DNA from: Balneolaceae bacterium
GTDB lineage: Bacteria > Bacteroidota > Rhodothermia > Balneolales > Balneolaceae
DNA: 58,782 bases
Direction: 5' to 3'
Assembly (NCBI GenBank): GCA_040905285.1
Contig: JBBDRV010000010.1
Coordinates: 1-58,782 of the forward strand
Every line of letters begins with the position of its first letter. Position 1 is the stretch's first letter. The notes beneath the pieces were generated by a model that ran no database searches, was not told the DNA's origin, and worked only from the letters and a program-made list of their open reading frames with translations. The translations under genes were made by a program, and so were the position numbers. Positions 28,282 through 38,495 of the stretch are shown here, one piece after another.

Positions 28282-29827
28282 GACGGCCGCGCCGGACGGT
28301 GAATGCCGTACCGGCCACGGCCACGGCCAGCATCAGCCAGTTGAACCAGTTCCCGTACCTGGCGTAAAAGGTCATCACATCGGACGGATGAATGGGTTGG
28401 GCGAATGCGGTGCGGATCCCGTAGCCGGTTTCGACCCGGATGCTCCCGTCGGGCGAAATAATACCGGAAATGCCGTTGTTGGCGCTTCTGACGATCCATC
28501 TCCTGAATTCTATTGCCCTGAGCCGCGCATAGGAAAAATGCTGTTTGTGTCCGCTGGTATCACCCCACCAGCCGTCATTGGTGATAATGGTGAGGAATCC
28601 GGCGCCATTCCGGACGAAGTTGCCGACCCAGTGGGAAAAGACCGAATCATAACAGATAAGGGCGGGTGTGGCGTGCTGATCACCGATCAAAAAATTATTG
28701 GCGTGAAAACCCCGGCCGTATCCGGCGATTTCACCCCAGTTAACCTGTCCGGACATATCAAGGGCACTCAGGCTTTCCGCAAACGGTATCCGCTCGACAA
28801 TTGGAACCAGTTTTCCTTTCTTATAGATATCCGGCAGCCGCTCGCCGGTGAAATGGAAGGCGGCGTTGAAGATATTATAGGCCCTGCCGCTAATATTTCC
28901 GCGCACCAATGAAGGTTCGCTGCCCGATTCATAATAGTCAATATAACCCGTCCCTGTAATGAGTTCGGTACCCCAGCTGCGCAGTGAATCCCGGATTGTG
29001 GCATTGAACCGGTTGCCTCGGGGGATCAGGGAGTCGATGGCATTTTCCGGCCAGACGATGAGGTCCGTTGTCTCTGTCCTTGCAGAATCGGATAGTTCGA
29101 GAAGCAGCGTGAGCAGGTCATCCACAGTGGCAAGCCCGCCGTACTCCCGGTATGAATTCATATTGGGCTGTACAACGGCCACATCCAGACGTTGGGCGGA
29201 TTTTTCCTGGTAGCCGGCTTTCATGACAAGGGAGATGGCCGGAAACAGGAGCGCAAGCAAAACAGCACAGGCGAGGTGTTTTTTACTCGCGAATGCAGCA
29301 GCCCGGTAGAATACCGCTGCAGTAACGACTACCCAGAAACTGATCCCGAGATGGCCTGTGACGGAGATATACTGTATGAGACTGGTACTGTCGGCCCAGC
29401 CGTTGCCGAGGGCCAGCCACGGCCAGGCCAGGTCCCAGTTGTGATGCAGGAATTCATAGCTGACCCAGATGGCCGCGATCAGCGGGGGGGTTACGGCAGG
29501 ATGAATTCCGGACCGGAGCAGGTACCGGATAATGAGCAGGGGTATCAGCATCAGCAGGCTGTTGGCCAGTATTGCGGCGGTTCCGCCGGCCAGCGTGGCC
29601 ATCATCAGCCAATAGGTGGCAATGAGGTTCCATACGAGAAATGCCCCGTATGCCCCGACGGCCAGTTCCCGCCAGCCGGACGACAGGTCCGCAACCCGGA
29701 AGAGAAAGACAAATGCGGGGATCTGCAGAACAGGCAGGCCGAACGGTGGAAACGAAAGCCCCAGAAGAACTCCCGTCGACAGGGAAAGGGCCGGGCCGTG
29801 GCTCCAGTAAGTGGCAAGTCGATTCAT
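28262..29827 (-). CDS. lnt: Apolipoprotein N-acyltransferase
   Basis: 521 aa. Multi-TM N-terminus plus CN-hydrolase domain (VVQPN..., LIVWPE, LICYDSVF catalytic Cys). 20-nt convergent overlap with sprA. Confidence 0.88.
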   Translation of the reverse strand: MNRLATYWSHGPALSLSTGVLLGLSFPPFGLPVLQIPAFVFLFRVADLSSGWRELAVGAYGAFLVWNLIATYWLMMATLAGGTAAILANSLLMLIPLLIIRYLLRSGIHPAVTPPLIAAIWVSYEFLHHNWDLAWPWLALGNGWADSTSLIQYISVTGHLGISFWVVVTAAVFYRAAAFASKKHLACAVLLALLFPAISLVMKAGYQEKSAQRLDVAVVQPNMNSYREYGGLATVDDLLTLLLELSDSARTETTDLIVWPENAIDSLIPRGNRFNATIRDSLRSWGTELITGTGYIDYYESGSEPSLVRGNISGRAYNIFNAAFHFTGERLPDIYKKGKLVPIVERIPFAESLSALDMSGQVNWGEIAGYGRGFHANNFLIGDQHATPALICYDSVFSHWVGNFVRNGAGFLTIITNDGWWGDTSGHKQHFSYARLRAIEFRRWIVRSANNGISGIISPDGSIRVETGYGIRTAFAQPIHPSDVMTFYARYGNWFNWLMLAVAVAGTAFTVRRGRLNRTGN

Positions 29828-30507
29828 TCAGTATATGATTTTGAAGCAAGAACGATAACGAACTCCCCCTTGATCGGGTCACGCTCCTGCCACAGTCTGC
29901 TGAGGCCGGCTAACCGTCCCCGGTTGAGCTCTTCGTATTTTTTTGTCAATTCCCTTGCCACACAGGCCAGGCGATCTTCTCCTGCATGGTCAGTCAGCTC
30001 CTGAAGAATTTTCAGAATCCGGTGGGGACTCTCGTAAATCACGGAGGTAACGTCGCGTTGTGCGATTTCTTTCAGGCGGGTCTGCCGTCCTTTTTTCGGG
30101 GGAAGAAATCCTTCAAAACAATAGCGGTCGGAGGGAAGCCCGCTTGCCACGAGGGCTGTTGTACAGGCATCAGGCCCGGGTATTACCGTTACGACATGGC
30201 CTCCGGCATGAGCAGCCCTGACGGCCAGAAATCCCGGATCCGAAATGCCCGGCATGCCTGCATCACTGATCAGGGCTATATTCTCCCCGCCATCCAGCAG
30301 GTTGATCAGATGTCTTACTTTATGGTGCTCATTGTGTTGATGAAACGAAAACAGCGGTTTGTTAATTTTATACTGGTTCAGCAATACTGATGAGGTTCTG
30401 GTATCTTCGCATGCAATCCGGTCTGCCGCTTGCAGCGTTTCCGCAGCACGGGGGGAGAAATCGTTTAGATTGCCTATGGGTGTCGCAACAAGAAACAGAG
30501 TAGACAT
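29824..30507 (-). CDS. rsmI: 16S rRNA (cytidine1402-2'-O)-methyltransferase
   Basis: 227 aa. TPIGNLNDFSPRAAETL N-terminus, CEDTR, tetrapyrrole-methylase fold. ATGA overlap with lnt. Confidence 0.9.
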   Translation of the reverse strand: MSTLFLVATPIGNLNDFSPRAAETLQAADRIACEDTRTSSVLLNQYKINKPLFSFHQHNEHHKVRHLINLLDGGENIALISDAGMPGISDPGFLAVRAAHAGGHVVTVIPGPDACTTALVASGLPSDRYCFEGFLPPKKGRQTRLKEIAQRDVTSVIYESPHRILKILQELTDHAGEDRLACVARELTKKYEELNRGRLAGLSRLWQERDPIKGEFVIVLASKSYTE

Positions 30508-30607
30508 GATTTTATTTTATTTCGAAACACGATTCAAAGATAAGGTCAAAAACTCGTAGTTTCTCCCCGGAATAGTAAATCATAAAACCGACTATATTAA
30601 GTGACCG

Positions 30608-30991
30608 ATGAAAGATTTTAAACCTTCAGGAATTAATCACATTACAATCCGGGTGAATGATATCGAAAGGTCGGAGGAATTCTACGGTCAGGTGCTTGGC
30701 TTTGAACAGATACGCAAGATGGGGCAGAGCATGACCGTTTACAGGATTGGAAAGGAGGATACCATTGTTATTGTAGAAGCTGAAACAAGTTATGACCCCA
30801 ATTCAAGAGATTTTCGGGTTGACCACATAGGTTTTTATCTTGACGGTGCGGAAAAGGTGGACGAGATGGCCGATTATCTTCGTGAAAAGGAGATTTCCAT
30901 CCTCAGTGGTCCTGCAAACAGGAAAAAGGGACGGTTTCTGTTTGTCTCTGATCCCGATGGAAATATGATTGAATTCTTTTTTGAAGGATGA
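30608..30991 (+). CDS. VOC (glyoxalase/bleomycin-resistance/dioxygenase) family protein
   Basis: 127 aa; INHITIRVNDIERSEEFY...DPDGNMIEFF typical VOC termini. Confidence 0.8.
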   Translation: MKDFKPSGINHITIRVNDIERSEEFYGQVLGFEQIRKMGQSMTVYRIGKEDTIVIVEAETSYDPNSRDFRVDHIGFYLDGAEKVDEMADYLREKEISILSGPANRKKGRFLFVSDPDGNMIEFFFEG

Positions 30992-31077
30992 AATTGTGAC
31001 AAGAGGGATGACATTGAGAAAACAGTTGACAAACGCTGCTTGTGCAAGTTTGTCAGTGTTCAGCGGTAATCCTGATG

Positions 31078-31093
31078 TGGCATGTTATTTGCC
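31078..31093 (+). promoter_or_regulatory. Candidate sigma-54 (-24/-12) promoter upstream of grpE-dnaJ
   Basis: TGGCATgttatTTGCc has the canonical GG-N10-GC spacing (consensus TGGCAC-N5-TTGCW). It ends 40 nt before the grpE ATG, in the correct orientation, in an intergenic region. Confidence 0.35.
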
Positions 31094-31132
31094 TGCCAGG
31101 CACAATGAAATAAACAGGAAGTAAATGACTGT

Positions 31133-31768
31133 ATGAGCAAAGAAAAGACAAACAATCGTGAAGGCAACAATGCTGAAATGGCAGAAAACGAATCTGAAAA
31201 AAACCGGCGGACAAATGCGGAGGAAGAGGCAGCCGCAAATGACCGGCGTGAAAGTATAAATGAGGAGAATTCAGCGGTGGAGCCGGACCAGCTTGTTCTG
31301 GATCAGCAGAAGAGAATAAGCGAGCTTGAACAGAAGGTGGACGAGCTTGTGGACAGCAATCTGAGAAAGACTGCGGAGATCGACAATGTACGAAAGAGAA
31401 TGCAGCGTGAGCGGATTCAGCTGTATGAAACTGCAAAAATCCAGGCTGTCGAGCATTTCCTGCCTGTAAATGATGACCTGATTCGCACGCTGAATGCAAT
31501 GGATGAGTCAGGTGAAAAGAATGTTGAAGGCATACGGGACGGAATCCGCATGGTTGCAAGCAAGTTTGAAGACGCCCTGAAACATTACAATATTGAACGG
31601 ATCGACCAGACAGGGGTTCCTTTCAATGTGGATCTGCATGACGCACTGATGCGCAGGGAACCTGAAGACAAAAATATCGACAGTAATATCGTGCTGCAGG
31701 TATTGGAAATCGGGTACAGAATGGGTGACCGTACGATCCGTCATGCCAAGGTAATTGTAAGTGAATAA
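31133..31768 (+). CDS. grpE: Nucleotide exchange factor GrpE
   Basis: 211 aa. Acidic/coiled N-terminus, NVRKRMQRE, C-terminal GYRMGDRTIRHAKVIV block. Confidence 0.92.
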   Translation: MSKEKTNNREGNNAEMAENESEKNRRTNAEEEAAANDRRESINEENSAVEPDQLVLDQQKRISELEQKVDELVDSNLRKTAEIDNVRKRMQRERIQLYETAKIQAVEHFLPVNDDLIRTLNAMDESGEKNVEGIRDGIRMVASKFEDALKHYNIERIDQTGVPFNVDLHDALMRREPEDKNIDSNIVLQVLEIGYRMGDRTIRHAKVIVSE

Positions 31769-31783
31769 GAGAAAGGCGAAGAC

Positions 31784-32950
31784 ATGTCAAAACGTGATTA
31801 CTACGAGATACTGGGTATAGAGAAAAGCGCCAGTGATGGTGAAATAAAAAAAGCTTACCGCAGGAAAGCGATGAAGTTTCACCCGGACCGCAACAAGGGG
31901 GATGAAGCTGCAGCGAAAAAATTCAAACAGGCTTCAGAAGCTTATGAAATACTCCGGGACCCTCAAAAGAGGCAGCGCTATGACCAGTTCGGCCATGCAG
32001 GTATAAACGGCGGTGGATTCGGTGGTGGTGCCGATTTCGAAAATGTCAGTTTTGAGGATATTTTCAGCCGTTTCGGTGATATTTTCGGGAGCGACATTTT
32101 CGGGGGGGAATCTTTTGGCGGAGGAAGCCGGAGCCGCCGGAGAAGAGGTACCGGACAGCCCGGTTCCGATATGAAACTGAAAGTCGGTCTGACGCTTGAG
32201 GAGATTGCTTTCGGTACGGAGAAAACACTGAAAGTGAAAAAACAGATTTCCTGTAAAGCCTGCGGCGGAACGGGGGCTGAAACGGATGCCGATTTTGAAA
32301 CCTGCAGTACCTGTAACGGCATGGGAGAGATCCGGCAGGTATCCCGGACCATGTTTGGCCAGTTTGTCAATGTACAGCCGTGCCCGAATTGCAGGGGCGA
32401 AGGCCGCATCATCCGTAAAAAATGTAAGGAATGCCACGGAGAAGGCCGTGTGAAAGGAGAAGAAAAAGTAACGATCAATGTGCCGTCGGGTGTAACGGAC
32501 GGCAATTACATCACGCTGCGAAGCCAGGGCAATGCCGGCGCGAGAGGCGGTGATGCCGGGGACCTCATCGTTCTGATCGAGGAGCTGGAGCATGAGCATT
32601 TTCAAAGGGACGGAAATGATATCTACTATGATATTCTCCTGAGTGTGCCGGATGCGATTCTCGGTTCGGAAAAAGAGGTGCCGACCCTCAAGGGTAAAGC
32701 GTCCATAAAGATTGAACCGGGTACTCAGCCCGGAAAGCTCCTGCGGATGAAAGAGAGGGGCATAATCGGGCTGCACAATTCGGGAACCGGAGATCAGTAC
32801 ATCCGGATCAATGTCTATATCCCGAAAGAACTTTCATCCGAAGAGAAAGAACATATTGACGCGCTCAGGAACGGAAAGCACTTTGCAGTGACCAATGCGA
32901 AGAACCGGGAAAAAGGGTTCTTTTCAAAAATAAAGGATATTTTTGCCTGA
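31784..32950 (+). CDS. dnaJ: Molecular chaperone DnaJ
   Basis: J-domain with HPD (KFHPDRN), G/F region, four CxxCxGxG zinc-finger repeats. Confidence 0.95.
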   Translation: MSKRDYYEILGIEKSASDGEIKKAYRRKAMKFHPDRNKGDEAAAKKFKQASEAYEILRDPQKRQRYDQFGHAGINGGGFGGGADFENVSFEDIFSRFGDIFGSDIFGGESFGGGSRSRRRRGTGQPGSDMKLKVGLTLEEIAFGTEKTLKVKKQISCKACGGTGAETDADFETCSTCNGMGEIRQVSRTMFGQFVNVQPCPNCRGEGRIIRKKCKECHGEGRVKGEEKVTINVPSGVTDGNYITLRSQGNAGARGGDAGDLIVLIEELEHEHFQRDGNDIYYDILLSVPDAILGSEKEVPTLKGKASIKIEPGTQPGKLLRMKERGIIGLHNSGTGDQYIRINVYIPKELSSEEKEHIDALRNGKHFAVTNAKNREKGFFSKIKDIFA

Positions 32951-32958
32951 TTACAGCA

Positions 32959-35262
32959 TCAATCAGCCCTGAACAGATCCCGGACCCGGTCTATCAGGTT
33001 TTTTCCCTCTTCGTCCGTCTCAACCCGTCTCGGCTCGTTCGCATCTCTTCCCGTCACAAAATCCCTGAACTTGTCCAGCGCAGAATCTTTTCTGTAGTCC
33101 ATGCACTGCGTATTGAAATGCGTGTTCCGCTGGTCTTCATGGAATTCATCCGGCTGTGGTGTCAGGGTCGTATCCTTTTGCAGGTTTTTCAGAAATTGCC
33201 CGGCAACCGGCAGCGCCGTTTGAGAAGCATATCCCAGGTTTTGACTGAATCGGATCCGCGGGCTCCGTCCGCCGACCCAGCTGCCGAAAACCAGGTCGGG
33301 GGTCATGCCGATAAACCATCCGTCCGTGTATTCCTGTGTAGTGCCGGTTTTGCCGGCTACCGCATGGGTGATGCCGAACCGGGAGCGAAGTCCTGAACCG
33401 GTTCCTTCATCCACAGCTTTTGACAGCATGGAGAGTATGGCCGCTGCAGTTTCCGGGGAAAGCGCCTGAACGGTTTCCGTCAGGTTGGGATTTTCGAAAT
33501 TGTAAAGGAGCCTGCCGGCTGAGTCAAAAATGGCCTTTATGTAATACGGCTTTACCCGCTTTCCGCCACTGGCAAACGCGGCGTATGCCTGGGTCATTTC
33601 CAGCAGGGAAACTTCGGCTGTTCCGAGGGCGATGGACGGCTGACGCGGTATGTAGGAGGTGATTCCCAGGCCGGCGGCCTGTTCCCGCACATTTTCGATA
33701 CCGTTCTCCATCAGAATATCAACAGAAATGGTATTGACGGAATTTGCCAGTGCCGCCTGCGTGGAATAATACCCGCCGTATTCCTCCCGGATATTCCGCG
33801 GAGTCCACTCTTCATACTCTTCGTACCGGCTCAGGAGATTGCGGTGGTAGTCGCAGGGCTGCAGGCCGTTTTCAACAGCTGTTGCATAGACGAACGGTTT
33901 GAAGGCGGAACCCGTCTGTCGCCTGGATTTCACATGATCGAACTGAAAATATTTGTGGTTTATGCCTCCCGCCCATGCCTGCACTTCTCCGGTCCCGGGA
34001 GACATGACCAGGAACCCCGCATTCAGAAAAGACAGGTAGTGCCGCAGGGAATCGTGCGGGGAAATTTCCCTCTCGATCTCCCCGTCCGGTGTAAACAGCT
34101 TCATAGGCACCGGCTCGTGGAAAATCTCTGTGATTTCCTCTTCAGAAACGTTCCGGCCGGCAAGCTTGCGATAGTGTCCCGAGCCTCTCCAGGCCCTAAG
34201 AATAGCCGGATCATTTTCCGGCAGGAGTACCGAATCCCTTCGCTGTTCTTCGAATGAGGCCTGGATCCGTTTCATCTGTTCAGTCATCGCATTTTCTGCT
34301 GCTGACTGAATGCGGGAGTCGATTGTGGTGCGGATGGTCAGTCCGTCGGTATAGAGATTGTAATACCGGCCGTCAATTGCCGGCTGACGTCGCAGCAGCT
34401 GCTGAAGTTTCATCCTGAGGTGTTCCCGGAAATGCGGAGCCAGTCCGTCGTTAACCGTGATACGCCTGTACCGGATGTCCGGATTTTTTTCTGTATAGAG
34501 CTCAGCTTCTTCCGGAGTGATTTTGCCGTACGCCTCCATCTGCCGGAGGACCACGTTTCTCCGCCGGAGCGCTCTTTCGGGATGTCTGTGCGGATTGTAG
34601 AATCCGGGCGCCTTCAGTACCCCAGCCAGCAACGCTGCTTCGTGTGGCTCCAGATCTGACGCGGGTTTACTGAAGAAGCGGCGTGAAGCGGTTTCGATGC
34701 CAAACGTTTCTTCACCGAATGACACTGTATTCATGTACAGCTCCAGCAGTTCATCCTTGCTGTAAAGCTTCTCCAGTCTGTGCGCAGTGATCATTTCCCG
34801 GAGTTTGTCCTCTGCCAGACTGAACAGTCCGCCTTTTTCCCGGGGAAAAAGGTTTTTTGCCAGCTGCTGTGTGAGGGTGCTGCCCCCGCCTGAATCCTGA
34901 CCGAGAAGGAGTGATTTGACCAGCACCCTCATGAGAGCCCGTCCGTCGATGCCGCTGTGTTCATAGAAACGTGCGTCTTCTATAGATATCAGAGCTTCGG
35001 TAAAGAAAGGGGAGACGTCCCCAAGATTGATTTGTGTACGGTTCTGGACAAAATAGGAACCCAGCAGCCTGCCATCCGAAGAGATCACCCTGGAACTCTG
35101 ATGATGTCTTATTTCCCGTAACTCGGACATGTCCGGCAGACTGCTTTTCAGATTCAGAAGCAGCATAACCGTCAGTCCCGCCGCCAGGGCTGTGAGCAGG
35201 AGCAAACCGATGGCAACCGGTCGTTTGAAGAGCGGTTTATTTTTTTTGCCGTAAAATTTCAT
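32959..35262 (-). CDS. mrcA: Bifunctional penicillin-binding protein 1A (glycosyltransferase + transpeptidase)
   Basis: GT51 motifs (EDARFYEHSGID, GGSTLTQQ); transpeptidase SxxK (GSAFKP), SVN, KTGT. Confidence 0.9.
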   Translation of the reverse strand: MKFYGKKNKPLFKRPVAIGLLLLTALAAGLTVMLLLNLKSSLPDMSELREIRHHQSSRVISSDGRLLGSYFVQNRTQINLGDVSPFFTEALISIEDARFYEHSGIDGRALMRVLVKSLLLGQDSGGGSTLTQQLAKNLFPREKGGLFSLAEDKLREMITAHRLEKLYSKDELLELYMNTVSFGEETFGIETASRRFFSKPASDLEPHEAALLAGVLKAPGFYNPHRHPERALRRRNVVLRQMEAYGKITPEEAELYTEKNPDIRYRRITVNDGLAPHFREHLRMKLQQLLRRQPAIDGRYYNLYTDGLTIRTTIDSRIQSAAENAMTEQMKRIQASFEEQRRDSVLLPENDPAILRAWRGSGHYRKLAGRNVSEEEITEIFHEPVPMKLFTPDGEIEREISPHDSLRHYLSFLNAGFLVMSPGTGEVQAWAGGINHKYFQFDHVKSRRQTGSAFKPFVYATAVENGLQPCDYHRNLLSRYEEYEEWTPRNIREEYGGYYSTQAALANSVNTISVDILMENGIENVREQAAGLGITSYIPRQPSIALGTAEVSLLEMTQAYAAFASGGKRVKPYYIKAIFDSAGRLLYNFENPNLTETVQALSPETAAAILSMLSKAVDEGTGSGLRSRFGITHAVAGKTGTTQEYTDGWFIGMTPDLVFGSWVGGRSPRIRFSQNLGYASQTALPVAGQFLKNLQKDTTLTPQPDEFHEDQRNTHFNTQCMDYRKDSALDKFRDFVTGRDANEPRRVETDEEGKNLIDRVRDLFRAD

Positions 35263-35280
35263 GCAGTTGCAGGCCGGTAA

Positions 35281-35320
35281 GATGGTTCCGGTAAACGTTA
35301 GATGATTCCGGTAAACGATT
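35281..35320. repeat. 20-bp tandem duplication (gatggttccggtaaacgtta / gatgattccggtaaacgatt) immediately upstream of the PBP1A start
   Basis: Direct reading; 18/20 identical. Lies 19-58 nt upstream of ATG 35262 on the minus strand. Confidence 0.9.
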
Positions 35321-35467
35321 GAAGTCGGCTATATACAAACTTGTTCCCCTGCATTTTGTTTCAGGAGAATACAGGTGAAAACGCGGCGGGTGAGGATGAG
35401 TGGCAAGAGTGAGTGGTGGAAGTGGCGGTGACGGTATCCGGCGGTCATGCCTGTCTGCAGCCTCTCT

Positions 35468-35956
35468 CTATTTTAAATTTTTTGTCTTCGATTTCGACTC
35501 CTCCGCCATCCGGGTTCGGTATTCAGCCAGTTTTTCCGCTGTTTCCGGATCGGCCATTCCCAGCATTCTCAGTGCGAGCAGCCCCGCATTTTTCGCTTTT
35601 CCGATGGCCACTGTGGCTACAGGGACACCGTCGGGCATCTGAACGATGGAATAGAGGCTGTCGACTCCCCCCAGGGCGGATGTCCGGACAGGAACGCCGA
35701 TGACGGGAAGCGTCGTATAACTGGCAAGCATGCCGGGCAGGTGAGCGGCACCGCCGGCACCGGCTATGATGACTTTTAGTCCCCGTTCCCGGGCGGTGCT
35801 TCCGTATTCAGCCATAAGTTCCGGCGTACGATGGGCTGAGATCACCTGTTTTTCACAGGTGAGGCCAAATTCGTCCAGAATGTCTGCTGCCTGCTTCAGG
35901 GTGGGCCAGTCGCTGTCGCTGCCCATCACAAGACCGATCACGGGTTGGTTTGTCAT
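35468..35956 (-). CDS. purE: N5-carboxyaminoimidazole ribonucleotide mutase
   Basis: 162 aa; [21 protein letters not shown] blocks. Confidence 0.95.
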   Translation of the reverse strand: MTNQPVIGLVMGSDSDWPTLKQAADILDEFGLTCEKQVISAHRTPELMAEYGSTARERGLKVIIAGAGGAAHLPGMLASYTTLPVIGVPVRTSALGGVDSLYSIVQMPDGVPVATVAIGKAKNAGLLALRMLGMADPETAEKLAEYRTRMAEESKSKTKNLK

Positions 35957-36033
35957 AACTGTCAGATGTTTCTTTTCAGGATACCGGAATCTATGAAATA
36001 GATAGGAACTTCAGAATTTTTCCTGCAGGCGCA

Positions 36034-37197
36034 TCAGATGCGAACGTGGCCTGCCAGTTCAACAGCTTTTCCGTAGACCTGTTCCAGGTTCTCGCCCAGC
36101 AGGGTCAGGTGGCCCATTTTCCGACCTTTCCTGCTGGCAAGTTTGCCGTATACATGGAGATGGGCATCCGGAAGGGCCAGGACGGATTTGATTCCCTCCG
36201 TTTCTGCAGGGCGGTTGTAACTACCTGTGAGGTTGACCATCGCTATCGCCGGCTTGCGCAGGGATGTGTCTCCGAGCGGCAGGCCGAGGACAGCCCGCAC
36301 ATGATTTTCAAACTGGGAGGTGACACATCCCTCGATGGTGTAATGTCCGGAGTTGTGGGGTCGCGGCGCCGATTCGTTGAGGAGAAGCCTGCCGTCGGTT
36401 GTCAGGAAAAATTCGTAGGCAAAAATGCCTCTGCCGCCGATGGCCTCCGTAGCAGACACGGCCATTTCCCCGGCTTGCCTGCGCAGTTCAGGATCAATCG
36501 GGGCCGGGGTTTTGACAGCGGCACAGATATGGTTTTTCTGGATGGTTTCACAACAGGGGTAGACGACAGTGCCTGTCTGGTTTCTTGCTACCTGCACGGC
36601 AAGTTCGTGGCTGAAGCTGACAAAAGCCTCTGCCAGTATGGTGTGTCCCTCTTCGCCCCCGAGCTCGTGGTAGGCCGCTGCAGCCTGGCCGATATTGTCC
36701 ACTGTTTTGTTCCCGTACCCGTCATAACCGCCTTTCGAGGATTTGAGCAGGTAGGGCCAGCCGTGCCTGTGGCCGAAGGCTTCCATGGACTCCCTGGAAT
36801 CCACCGGAAGGTACGGGGTTACCGGAATCCCGGCTTTTTCGAACGTCTGTTTTTCTATCAGCTTGTTTTCAATAAGGGCAAAACTGTCGGGAGACGGGTA
36901 AACGGGCGTACCGCTTTGCTGTTCCACCTGCCTGAGAATGCCGGAATCTATAAATTCGTTTTCAAGGGTGACCAGGTCACATGTCCGGGCAAACCGGATC
37001 ATCGCTTCGGTATCACTGAAAGACCCCGTAAATGAGTGGGGAGTGATAAACTGTACAGGTTCATTTTCTGCACGATCGGAATAGACAGCTGTCTGGATGC
37101 CGAACCTGAAAGCCTGAAGGGCAGACATTCGTGCAAGCTGGCCTGCTCCGAGAAACCCGAGGGTAAAGGTTGCCTGAAGTGAATTGGACACAGTCAT
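36034..37197 (-). CDS. purK: N5-carboxyaminoimidazole ribonucleotide synthase (ATP-grasp)
   Basis: LGFLGAGQLARM N-terminus, ATP-grasp core, C-terminal RKMGHLT. Start placed at ATG 37197; the track ORF extends to 37245. Confidence 0.9.
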   Translation of the reverse strand: MTVSNSLQATFTLGFLGAGQLARMSALQAFRFGIQTAVYSDRAENEPVQFITPHSFTGSFSDTEAMIRFARTCDLVTLENEFIDSGILRQVEQQSGTPVYPSPDSFALIENKLIEKQTFEKAGIPVTPYLPVDSRESMEAFGHRHGWPYLLKSSKGGYDGYGNKTVDNIGQAAAAYHELGGEEGHTILAEAFVSFSHELAVQVARNQTGTVVYPCCETIQKNHICAAVKTPAPIDPELRRQAGEMAVSATEAIGGRGIFAYEFFLTTDGRLLLNESAPRPHNSGHYTIEGCVTSQFENHVRAVLGLPLGDTSLRKPAIAMVNLTGSYNRPAETEGIKSVLALPDAHLHVYGKLASRKGRKMGHLTLLGENLEQVYGKAVELAGHVRI

Positions 37198-37400
37198 CAG
37201 ATTTTGTTTGCATGATGGTCGCTTGTACGGGTGGAAGGTAAGCATTTTGATATTCTTTCTGTCAATCGGATCCCTCTAATCTCTTAAAAATTGTTATTTT
37301 GCCGGTGTAGGCTGCCGGAGCAGAATGTTGAAGCCGGCTGTTGAATCTGCCGGACCTGTCTGCAGAGGCTGTTCCCGAGGACCGTAAAAAAAATTTACAC

Positions 37401-38477
37401 ATGGATATAGAATCAAAACTTCAGCAGGTTAAAGAGCGCTATGAAGAACTCAACCAGGCAATGGCCGACCCCGCTGTCTTTGACCGTCCCGATGAATACA
37501 GGGACCTGGCCATGGAGCATACGCAGCTCAGGGACCTGGTAGACGATTTTGACCGCTGGCAGGAGTTAAGCAGGAATCTCGAGGGGAATAGAGAGCTTAT
37601 CCGGTCCGGGGATGATCCTGAAATCACAGAAATGGCCCTGGCGGAAAACCGGGAGCTGGAAGAGTCTCTCCGTGAGCTGGAGGAGGAGATCAAATTCAAA
37701 CTGATCCCGAAAGATCCGGATGATTCCAAGAACTGCATTGTGGAGATACGTGCCGGAACGGGAGGTGATGAAGCCGCTATTTTTGCGGGGGACCTGTTTG
37801 ACATGTACCGCAGGTACGCGGTTACCCGCAAATGGAGGATGGAGCTGCTTAACCTGCACGCGGGGGATATGGGAGGATACAGGGATATCGTTTTCAGTTT
37901 AAAGGGAGAGGATGTATTCGGGGAGATGAAGTATGAAAGCGGGGTCCACAGGGTACAGCGTGTACCGGAGACCGAATCCCAGGGAAGAGTCCATACGTCG
38001 GCAGCTACAGTGGCGGTGCTTCCGGAGGCAGAAGAGGTGGATGTAACGCTCGATATGGGGGACATCCGCATAGATACGTTCCGATCGAGCGGGGCCGGAG
38101 GCCAGCATGTCAACAAGACCGACTCGGCCATCCGGCTGACTCACGAGCCCAGCGGAATTGTGGTGGAGTGCCAGGAAGAGCGTTCGCAGCACAAGAACAA
38201 GGACAAGGCATTGATGATGCTGAGGACGAAGTTGTATGACCGCGAAATGGAACAGCAGCGTGCCACCCGGGCGGCCGAGAGAAAAAGCCAGGTGTCGACC
38301 GGTGACCGCAGTGCCAAGATCCGTACCTATAACTTTCCCCAGGGACGGCTGACAGACCACCGCATCAACCTGACGCTCTATAATCTTGACGAAATTATGA
38401 AAGGAAGTATTGAAGATGTCATCAAAGCCATACGGGTCGAGGATAACCTGGAAAGGCTGAATGCGGTTATGGAATAA
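37401..38477 (+). CDS. prfA: Peptide chain release factor 1
   Basis: GGQ motif ([11 protein letters not shown]) and an RF1-type PxT tripeptide context ([14 protein letters not shown]). Start placed at ATG 37401 (MDIESKLQ...); the track ORF begins at an upstream TTG at 37341. Confidence 0.92.
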   Translation: MDIESKLQQVKERYEELNQAMADPAVFDRPDEYRDLAMEHTQLRDLVDDFDRWQELSRNLEGNRELIRSGDDPEITEMALAENRELEESLRELEEEIKFKLIPKDPDDSKNCIVEIRAGTGGDEAAIFAGDLFDMYRRYAVTRKWRMELLNLHAGDMGGYRDIVFSLKGEDVFGEMKYESGVHRVQRVPETESQGRVHTSAATVAVLPEAEEVDVTLDMGDIRIDTFRSSGAGGQHVNKTDSAIRLTHEPSGIVVECQEERSQHKNKDKALMMLRTKLYDREMEQQRATRAAERKSQVSTGDRSAKIRTYNFPQGRLTDHRINLTLYNLDEIMKGSIEDVIKAIRVEDNLERLNAVME

Positions 38478-38495
38478 TCCGGAAATTACCAGCCT

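Noticed and set aside
30992-31132. CIRCE/HrcA operator upstream of grpE
   Set aside because: No TTAGCACTC-N9-GAGTGCTAA-like sequence is present. Only the unrelated TGACAAAC-N13-GTTTGTCA palindrome is there, and it is reported separately.
37341-38477. Programmed +1 frameshift, as in RF2 genes
   Set aside because: The protein is RF1-type (PxT context, no SPF motif) and is encoded by a single uninterrupted frame. Only the start needed adjusting, from TTG 37341 to ATG 37401.
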